From: Acaryochloris thomasi RCC1774
GTDB taxonomy: Bacteria > Cyanobacteriota > Cyanobacteriia > Thermosynechococcales > Thermosynechococcaceae
Direction: 5' to 3'
Length of the DNA: 32,000 nucleotides
Assembly: GCF_003231495.1 (NCBI RefSeq)
Contig: NZ_PQWO01000001.1
Location: 150,001-182,000 of the forward strand
Position numbers and translations under genes: made by a program. The notes under the pieces are model-generated. The model saw nothing but the letters and a program-made list of their open reading frames with translations, had not been told where the DNA came from and searched no databases. Positions 9,124 to 15,470 of this stretch are shown piece after piece; the stretch's first letter is position 1; each line of letters starts with the position of its first letter.

Positions 9124-9783
9124 TTAGCAGTCGTTGCACCATGCCAAGGGTGAGTCATCCCAAACTTGAACTTCAATAAATTTCTCAAACTCCTCATTGC
9201 TGTAATTTTGATACTGCATTGAGAAATCATCTTGTGGAAGCCCAAATTTCGCGACGACTTCGGGCAGCTCATTCAACAAATAGACTTTTTCGTGATACGG
9301 CTGCGGTGCCACTTTTATGCTGAACTCAGGCATGAAGCCCATCGATACAAAACTGTCAGGATAAGTGAAACTTACAGACTTATCTCTCAGATAATCCAGA
9401 GATATTCTCACCTCTCTGGTATTTGGGTGCAGATTCTTGAACCAGAAGGACTTCCCCAGAACAAAATAATGCGGCGAGTGTCTTTGTGGTTTACCGCTGC
9501 GAGAGATAAATAAATCTCGCAACCTCGCTTCGGTCAACTGGCGCAGTTGCATATAGCGTTTGCCATACTGTCGCTTGAATCCATCTTCTGAACGATAGCG
9601 TTCCTGCAACTCCGATAGAACAGAAGCACGTTCACGTTCTGATAAATCACTGAGATTGAGGAACGGAGCCTTATCTGCAAGATGGTAATGAGTTATAAAG
9701 TTTGGGATCAACGGCGAAACTCTTTCTGATTTATCAGTTAGCTTAAGCAGCTTAACCCGCGAAGAAATTAACCTGACCGCCAA
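9124..9783 (-). CDS. Hypothetical protein, no motif I recognise (219 aa from TTG 9783; 195 aa from TTG 9711)
   Basis: This long ORF is the first gene of the cassette. No TM segments or catalytic signatures are evident. The TTG 9783 start would overlap the ATPase gene by 32 nt. Confidence 0.55.
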   Translation of the reverse strand: MAVRLISSRVKLLKLTDKSERVSPLIPNFITHYHLADKAPFLNLSDLSERERASVLSELQERYRSEDGFKRQYGKRYMQLRQLTEARLRDLFISRSGKPQRHSPHYFVLGKSFWFKNLHPNTREVRISLDYLRDKSVSFTYPDSFVSMGFMPEFSIKVAPQPYHEKVYLLNELPEVVAKFGLPQDDFSMQYQNYSNEEFEKFIEVQVWDDSPLAWCNDC

Positions 9784-10486
9784 AAGCCCGCTGTAAATTA
9801 GAACCCGTCAAAACTTCCTTGCGTGTCCCACTAGCAATCAGTTCGCGATTAAGCAAAATCAAGTCGTCAAAATTCGTGATCGCCTGACCCAAGTCATGAT
9901 GTACAACCAGCACCGTATGACCATCAGCAGCCAACTCCTGCAAGATATTAAAAACGATCGCCTCAGTCTTCTTATCAATCCCTGCCAACGGCTCATCCAA
10001 GCAGAACACATCTGCCTCTTCAGAAATCGCCTTAGCCAAGAAAACCCGCTGCTGCTGCCCACCCGAAAGCTGACCAATGGGACGATCGCGATACTTCGCC
10101 ATATCCACACGCTCTAAAGCCGCCGCCGCCGCCCGTCGCGACACCGTAGAATAACGCCGAAACCAGCCCGTCTTGCGAATCCGGCCCATCATAATCACAT
10201 CCCACACCGTCGCGGGATAGGTCCAGTCAATTTGCGATCGCTGTGGCACATAGGCCACCCGATCAAGCTGAGCCGTCAGCGGCTGACCGTCATAGGTAAT
10301 CAAGCCAGTGCTGGAAGGAATTAACCCCAGCATCGCCTTAATCAAAGTACTTTTACCCGCTCCATTGGGGCCAATGATGCCCGTCAACCGCCCCGGACAA
10401 ATCGAACAGGAGATATCAGACAGAGCCTTAACCATCCGGTACTGGACTCCGAGCTGTTCAACTGTTAAACCATTGGCACAATTCAT
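9752..10486 (-). CDS. Metal ABC importer ATP-binding protein (MntA/ZnuC/TroB family)
   Basis: Walker A is GPNGAGKST, the signature motif is LSGGQQQR, Walker B is VFCLDEP and the H-loop is VVHHD. It also has the family-typical IDWTYPATVWDVIMMGR. Confidence 0.9.
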   Translation of the reverse strand: MNCANGLTVEQLGVQYRMVKALSDISCSICPGRLTGIIGPNGAGKSTLIKAMLGLIPSSTGLITYDGQPLTAQLDRVAYVPQRSQIDWTYPATVWDVIMMGRIRKTGWFRRYSTVSRRAAAAALERVDMAKYRDRPIGQLSGGQQQRVFLAKAISEEADVFCLDEPLAGIDKKTEAIVFNILQELAADGHTVLVVHHDLGQAITNFDDLILLNRELIASGTRKEVLTGSNLQRAFGGQVNFFAG

Positions 10487-10524
10487 AGATGCTTCCTAGC
10501 TGGGCGCTGTGGCTGAGCGCATTC

Positions 10525-10582
10525 AAAAATGAAACGATTATGAAAACATAGTAACATCAAAAAATGAAAGAATTATGAAAAC
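10525..10582. promoter_or_regulatory. Tandem 23-bp direct repeat (candidate operator) in the divergent ATPase/SBP promoter
   Basis: AAAAATGAAACGATTATGAAAAC (10525-10547) and AAAAATGAAAGAATTATGAAAAC (10560-10582) match at 21 of 23 positions. Each contains two ATGAAA hexamers spaced 11 bp apart. The whole intergenic region is only 101 bp. Confidence 0.4.
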
Positions 10583-10587
10583 TCTTT

Positions 10588-11535
10588 ATGTCGCGACTTA
10601 AAAAAGATATTTTAAGCCTCCTGACTGGTGGTATTTCCGTCTGTCTTCTGCTGGGTGGCTGTTCTGGAGTCACAGAAGAAGCTGACTCAGGCAAGCCCAA
10701 AGTGGTGGCAACCAGCACGATTTTGAGAAACTGGACAGAGGAGGTAGCAGGGGATGAGGTACAAATTCAGGGCATTTTGGAGCCGGGTGAAGACCCTCAT
10801 ATTTACGAACCGGTACCTCTAGACAACCAGATCATTGAAGATGCAGATTTAATTTTATACAACGGTTACAACCTTGAGCCAGCCTTGATTAAGCTGATTC
10901 AGTCTTCTGTTTCAGGGGCAACCTTTGCGGTAGGGGAAGTGATTGAACCGCTGGACTATGATTACCAGGGTCAACGGGAGCCAGATCCGCATGTGTGGGG
11001 GGATGCAGAGAATGCGATCGCAATGGTAAACACAATCCGCGATCAGCTAATAGAACTATCCCCCGAAGATAAAGCAGAGTTCACCGCGAATGCAGAGGCG
11101 CTCACGCAAACACTGCAGGAAGTCGATGGCTGGATTGCAGAGCAAGTCGCTACAATTCCGGAAAACCAGCGCCAGTTGGTGACAACCCATGATGCCTTTC
11201 AATACTATACAAAAGCCTATGGCTTAGAGGTCGCTGGCACCTTGATCGGCATGAGCACAGAGGAGCAGCCCAGCGCCCAAACGGTGAAGCGGCTATCGGA
11301 TGATATTCGTCGGGCAAAAGTACCCGCTATTTTTGCCGAAACAACGATCAATCCGGCATTGATTACGACCGTAGCCCAGGAAGCAAAAGTGAAATTGTCT
11401 GAGCGGCAGCTTTATTCTGATTCGTTAGGGGCACCTGGAAGTGAGGCCGAAACCTACGTCAAGATGCTAGTTGCTAACACTCAAACAATCGTAGAAGCTT
11501 TAGGCGGCAGTTATCAAGATTTCCCTGGATCGTAA
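10588..11535 (+). CDS. Metal ABC importer substrate-binding lipoprotein (cluster A-I, MntC/ZnuA/TroA family)
   Basis: It has a lipobox LLGGC. The ligand motifs are DPHIYEP, DPHVWGD, THDAFQY and YSDSLG. There is no His-rich loop. Confidence 0.9.
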   Translation: MSRLKKDILSLLTGGISVCLLLGGCSGVTEEADSGKPKVVATSTILRNWTEEVAGDEVQIQGILEPGEDPHIYEPVPLDNQIIEDADLILYNGYNLEPALIKLIQSSVSGATFAVGEVIEPLDYDYQGQREPDPHVWGDAENAIAMVNTIRDQLIELSPEDKAEFTANAEALTQTLQEVDGWIAEQVATIPENQRQLVTTHDAFQYYTKAYGLEVAGTLIGMSTEEQPSAQTVKRLSDDIRRAKVPAIFAETTINPALITTVAQEAKVKLSERQLYSDSLGAPGSEAETYVKMLVANTQTIVEALGGSYQDFPGS

Positions 11536-11789
11536 AACATATTTTGTGACCTCATATCTAAGAGAGCAGCAGCATCAGTAAGCGGAGAGAGCCTCGATGC
11601 ATGAAAGGAGATTTTAATTCTAAAAAAAGTCTAAAAATCAGAAGGACCTCAGCTTTCATCAAATTTCGTAGAGGTGTGACTCAAATCACGTTGACTCGTA
11701 CTGATAATCACTGTAATGGATATACAAGATTCAGAGAAGACAATGAATTTTGGTTCGCTTACTGCATATCCATAGATAGAAACTCTGCA

Positions 11790-12227
11790 ATGCAACACAC
11801 TCAGCAGCTACATTTGCTCATCGATGTAGGACAAGAAAAAGTCATCAGTTTAATTAACTGCAAGTATTCCATTGGCAGAGATGTATCCAATGATATTGTT
11901 TTGGAAAGTGGGACAATCTCACGCTTCCACGCTACCTTGATCAAGTCAAAAAATCCCAGCAGGGAGCATTGTGTCTATAAACTAATAGACGGAAAAGCAG
12001 GTGGAGATCCTAGCGTTAATGGGATTATGGTCAATGAAAAACGTATCGATGAGCATAGTCTAGTCGATGGAGACTTAATCCATTTCGGAGGCGTAATCAA
12101 AGCCATTTTCCGAGTCTATCAATCAACGAATAAGCAACATCAATCTGCATTCGGCCATGATCATGCAGTCAAATATATACATCCCTCATACTTAGCAAGC
12201 AACGAATCAACTGCGATTATGCTGTAG
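11790..12227 (+). CDS. Small FHA-domain protein
   Basis: YSIGRDVSNDIVLESGTISRFHATLIK...VNGIMVNEKRI...LVDGDLIHFGG carries the FHA G-R, S-xx-H and N-G signatures. I prefer the start at ATG 11790, because the upstream 63 codons of the tracked ORF look non-protein-like. Confidence 0.7.
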   Translation: MQHTQQLHLLIDVGQEKVISLINCKYSIGRDVSNDIVLESGTISRFHATLIKSKNPSREHCVYKLIDGKAGGDPSVNGIMVNEKRIDEHSLVDGDLIHFGGVIKAIFRVYQSTNKQHQSAFGHDHAVKYIHPSYLASNESTAIML

Positions 12228-12393
12228 AGCTATCTTTCATAATACTTAGACCCTCCCACACCTTTCTCAAACGAGGATTTCCAGGGCGCTTTATTAAAAG
12301 CGCTAAACTGTCAAGAATTGGATAACGACTTACTTTTTAGGATTCATTGAGAAGGCATACAAACAGCAAACGGCGGTCGAGAGTTTCAGACAT

Positions 12394-12858
12394 TTAGGCA
12401 TCGTACTTATTGTTTATGCGGTCACAGTAGGCGACCAGGTTACTAAGTTTCTCTGCCTTATTTCTCAATGAAGAGGTCAAGACTTCATTCAGGACATTTG
12501 CCAGCAAACTGTAGGCAGAGCCATCTAGTGTTGTGGGCTGCTCACCCATAAAGAAGAGCTGGTCAGCGAAGAAATCGCTAGTGAAAATTCAGATCGCAAC
12601 CACTGGCAAGATCGTCGCATCTGACAGCACTGTCAAAATGATTGTGGTGCTAATGGGAGTTTTCGCAATCGCTACGTTGATGGCCGCCATACAGCACAAC
12701 ACGGCAATGGTGGGGTGCATCGTCGGAATGCCAAAGGCAACGGCCAACCCTAAGCTAGCTCCAGTAAAAAATAATGGAAAGATAAAACCACCATGATACG
12801 AATCAAGGGGTACTCTACCAACTAAGTAGATAGGCTTAATTGACTTGAAGATTCCTGA
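12394..12858 (-). pseudogene. 3' remnant of a ClC-type chloride channel gene (no start, in-frame TGA)
   Basis: My minus-strand translation of 12795-12592 is HGGFIFPLFFTGASLGLAVAFGIPTMHPTIAVLCCMAAINVAIAKTPISTTIILTVLSDATILPVVAI. It contains the ClC GxFxP motif and helix pattern. TGA lies at 12589-12591, and the same frame then stays open to TAA at 12394-12396. No N-terminal two-thirds of the channel is present. Confidence 0.5.
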
Positions 12859-12880
12859 TTAAATTCAATATCGTTGCATT

Positions 12881-12922
12881 GGCCCTCACCCCCCCAGCCC
12901 CCCTCTCCCAATGTTGGGAGAG
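12881..12922. repeat. Left half of a GC-rich palindromic repeat flanking the IS
   Basis: The sequence is GGCCCTCACCCCCCCAGCCCCCCTCTCCCAATGTTGGGAGAG. It is the reverse complement of 14134-14151 plus a copy of the central 20-mer. Confidence 0.7.
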
Positions 12923-12932
12923 CAGGGTGGTT

Positions 12933-13460
12933 TCATTTATCGAGAGAAAAGCCTTGGCATAGGATTCGATAAACTTTCTCAACCTGGTTTGCCAAGCATC
13001 GGATTCCCTGTGGAATCGTTCGATAGCCTAGTTGTCGGATGATGGAGAGCAAGAAGCAATTTAGAATCGCCCAGCAGGTTGGCGCATGCCCCCCCGGTCG
13101 GGCCTCATCTTCTTCTAAGGTGACATCTCTCACCCAGTGCAGACGATTTTCTATTGTCCAGTGTTGTTGGATATGACTCATAAACTCATCTGCCGCCAAG
13201 TTCAAATCACTGATGTAGCCCATTTGCTCATGGAAGGGTTCATCATTTCGGCAGCCCCAGCGTTCAACCCAAAGCAACGTCTCTAAACCAGGCCACAGCA
13301 CTTGGAGAGCTAACGGTGCCGCATAAGCCCAAACTTCGCGGTGAACTTGACGGTTATGAGAAGTATCAAGAGTCTGTACCACACTCAGAGCCGGGCTTGA
13401 GCGATGTAACTGCTCAAGAGTTGTGTAAAGGGTCGGCTGATTGGCCTTGAGAGCAATCAA
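12933..13460 (-). CDS. ISAs1-family transposase, C-terminal part (-1 frame)
   Basis: This frame is open upstream back through the A8 run and reads KKTTAHISQQGQHYLIALKANQPTLY...WTIENRLHWVRDVTLEEDE. The family pattern is contiguous only if the two frames are fused, giving about 372 aa. Confidence 0.8.
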   Translation of the reverse strand: MIALKANQPTLYTTLEQLHRSSPALSVVQTLDTSHNRQVHREVWAYAAPLALQVLWPGLETLLWVERWGCRNDEPFHEQMGYISDLNLAADEFMSHIQQHWTIENRLHWVRDVTLEEDEARPGGHAPTCWAILNCFLLSIIRQLGYRTIPQGIRCLANQVEKVYRILCQGFSLDK

Positions 13461-14050
13461 ATAGTGTTGGCCTTGTTGGCTAATGTGTGCCGTTGTTTTT
13501 TTTGACAGTGGAGCGCATCAAGGGTGAAGACGACCGGTTGACCCGACAGAGCCGTAATCAGTTGGCGCACAACTTCAATTGCACTTGATTTCTTGTTCTC
13601 CATCACCTGCAGTTGCAAAACAACCCCTGTTTGATGGGTGAAGACCGAAACGGTACTGACAAAGTTTTGGTAGGAGCTGCTGTAATCAGTCAGCGTACTT
13701 CTGATGCTTTTGCCATCGGCGGCAACCCAGGTTGGCTCAGTCAGTGTGATGAACGCTCGACTCCACTGATTGAACAGCCCAACTAATGAGTCAAAGTCAA
13801 CGCGAAGCAATACGCGGCGAAAGGTTGAGTAGGAGGGGATACGGGTTGATGGAGGCAACGCTAGCAGCTCACGCAATATAGGCCACTGTTCCTTGGCAAA
13901 ATCAGCTAGAGGACGATAGCCGCGATAGCCACACAGGGTTCCCAATAACACCAGCATCAAGACGAGCCACAAGTCATGCCGACGGCCTCTACTTTTGCGA
14001 TAGTCTGGGATATCTTGAAGAATTTCGATGAGATTGAGATGCTCAGGCAT
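13457..14050 (-). CDS. ISAs1-family transposase, N-terminal part (frame 0, up to the A8 run)
   Basis: IPDYRKSRGRRHDLWLVLMLVLLGTLCGYRGYRPLADF is the DDE_Tnp_1-associated N-terminal domain. FTLDALHCQKK is the conserved DA..CQK block. The frame ends 12 codons after the A8 run. Confidence 0.8.
   Translation of the reverse strand: MPEHLNLIEILQDIPDYRKSRGRRHDLWLVLMLVLLGTLCGYRGYRPLADFAKEQWPILRELLALPPSTRIPSYSTFRRVLLRVDFDSLVGLFNQWSRAFITLTEPTWVAADGKSIRSTLTDYSSSYQNFVSTVSVFTHQTGVVLQLQVMENKKSSAIEVVRQLITALSGQPVVFTLDALHCQKKQRHTLANKANTI
13496..13503 (-). other. A8 homopolymer forming an A_AAA_AAA slippery heptamer at the transposase frame junction
   Basis: The minus strand reads TGT CAA AAA AAA CAA in frame 0. 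A -1 slip after the second AAA gives ACA ACG GCA.., which joins the two transposase halves exactly. Confidence 0.6.
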
Positions 14051-14113
14051 ACTACTGAGATAAGAACAGCTCAGACCATTGTCATTTTTCTATCCCTAAA
14101 TGAAACCACCCTG

Positions 14114-14151
14114 CTCGCCCAATGTTGGGAGAGGGGCTGGGGGTGAGGGCC
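14114..14151. repeat. Right half of the GC-rich palindromic repeat flanking the IS
   Basis: The sequence is CTCGCCCAATGTTGGGAGAGGGGCTGGGGGTGAGGGCC. Its first 20 nt repeat 12903-12922 in direct orientation with 1 mismatch. Confidence 0.7.
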
Positions 14152-14269
14152 ATGTAGAGCATTTGCTAATATCTGATCTTTAACTTGATTCTGCCTCGCT
14201 ACTTACGCTAAATCGGTAAAGAGAAGAAAGTTCAATTTATAGATCCCCACCTGGAATAGCGAGGCAGCT

Positions 14270-15349
14270 CTAGGCAGCAACGGAAGCTTTTGTTCGGGCA
14301 AAAATCATCCGGCCCGCAGAGGTCTGCAAAGCACTGGTGACAATGACCGGCACTTGGTTGCCAATATAGTCCTTCGCCTCTTCTACGACGACCATTGTGC
14401 CGTCTTCAAGGTATCCAACCCCCTGGGCTGGCTCTTTGCCTTCTTTGACAATTTTTAGCTCAAGACCATCTCCCGGTAGATAGCGAGGTCGTAACGATTG
14501 CGCCAAATCATTGACATTGAGCACCTGAATGCTTTGCAAGCTGGCCACTTTGTTGAGGTTGTAGTCGTTGGTGACCAACATGCCATTGATATCCTGCGCC
14601 AGCGTTACCAACTTCGCATCCACGGTGGCGATATCTTCATAATCAGCAGGATGAATGACAAGCCGCTCTGGGTGCCCCTCCTGTAGGCGATTGAGAATGT
14701 CCAGCCCCCGACGGCCTCGGCTACGCTTTTGACTATTGGCGGCATCGGCTAAAGTTTGCAGCTCTTGCAAAACGAATTTAGGAACTAAAAGCTGTCCTTC
14801 AATAAAGCCCGTGTCGAGTAGCCCCTCAATCCGACCATCAATGATGCAGCTTGTGTCCAGAACCTTGGCAAGTGCAGCCTTAAGCGTTCCCTCCGCTAGC
14901 AGGGTGCTTTCCATGTAGTTAGGGTTGATGACCCGCAGTAGTGTGAGGCCGTGGGTATCGGCCAAGGTAACGCCAGAGAAGGCAAAAATAACGCTGCCCA
15001 ATACCGCCACCATTGGCTTAATGAAGGCCAGCTTTTGAGGGATAGGCAGCAAGAAAATAGGGGCCAGCATTAGATTGGCCACCAGCAAGCCCAGCACAAG
15101 ACCCACAGACCGACTCAGCAAAACCTCTGCCGGGAGGCTTTTAACCTTGCGCTCCACGCGACGGTAGCTGATCTGGCTGGCGAACCCAAACACCATGCCG
15201 AACAATCCGCCAAACCCGGCACTGACCCAACTGAGCCCGTTGATATTGGCGACTTGATTTAAGATGCTAGGGGGCAACAGCTCAACAACGTTGAATCCAA
15301 TTGCAGATCCAACGAGGATGCAGGTCAAAATAATCGTAGTGTCTAGCAT
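14270..15349 (-). CDS. Membrane-anchored PIN/TRAM domain protein (YacL-like)
   Basis: It has N-terminal TM helices, a PIN core (VLDTSCIIDGRI...LVTNDYNLNKVA) and a C-terminal TRAM domain (GVGYLEDGTMVVVEEA). Confidence 0.8.
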   Translation of the reverse strand: MLDTTIILTCILVGSAIGFNVVELLPPSILNQVANINGLSWVSAGFGGLFGMVFGFASQISYRRVERKVKSLPAEVLLSRSVGLVLGLLVANLMLAPIFLLPIPQKLAFIKPMVAVLGSVIFAFSGVTLADTHGLTLLRVINPNYMESTLLAEGTLKAALAKVLDTSCIIDGRIEGLLDTGFIEGQLLVPKFVLQELQTLADAANSQKRSRGRRGLDILNRLQEGHPERLVIHPADYEDIATVDAKLVTLAQDINGMLVTNDYNLNKVASLQSIQVLNVNDLAQSLRPRYLPGDGLELKIVKEGKEPAQGVGYLEDGTMVVVEEAKDYIGNQVPVIVTSALQTSAGRMIFARTKASVAA

Positions 15350-15470
15350 TTCACTCGCTTGCCGAGAATGGCGTCTTCGGTATTCGCTCTCAGGCAGAAG
15401 CCTGCAAGGCTGAACCCATCATAATGCCCCCTGTCAATCATTATAGAGTGCAGTCGCTCGTGGCCTTATT

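Larger units (their letters stand above)
12923..14113 (-). mobile_element. ISAs1-family insertion sequence (about 1.19 kb)
   Basis: The terminal inverted repeats read CAGGGTGGTTTCATTTA with 17 of 17 matching, and about 25 of 28 when extended (12923-12950 against the reverse complement of 14086-14113). The element encloses a transposase with an ISAs1/H-repeat-type N-terminus and a DDE region. Confidence 0.75.

Noticed and set aside
8976-9272. Tracked 98-aa minus-strand ORF spanning the hicA region
   Set aside because: It reads out of frame across both the 219-aa ORF and hicA, and its sequence is not protein-like. The alternative frame gives a clear HicA with stop-start coupling to hicB.
7598-10233. 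Using the HIP1-free gap alone as proof of horizontal transfer of the cassette
   Set aside because: A 2.6-kb gap is not statistically unusual at a mean spacing of about 1.4 kb. I kept it only as supporting evidence alongside the lower GC and the broken operon synteny.
12286-12303. Hairpin GCGCTTT-ATTA-AAAGCGC between the FHA gene and the ClC remnant, as a bidirectional terminator
   Set aside because: It has only a 7-bp stem and no U-tract on either strand, which is not enough to call an intrinsic terminator.
12533-12796. Tracked 87-aa + strand ORF
   Set aside because: It is the antisense shadow of the ClC-channel remnant. The minus-strand translation carries the recognisable GxFxP channel sequence.
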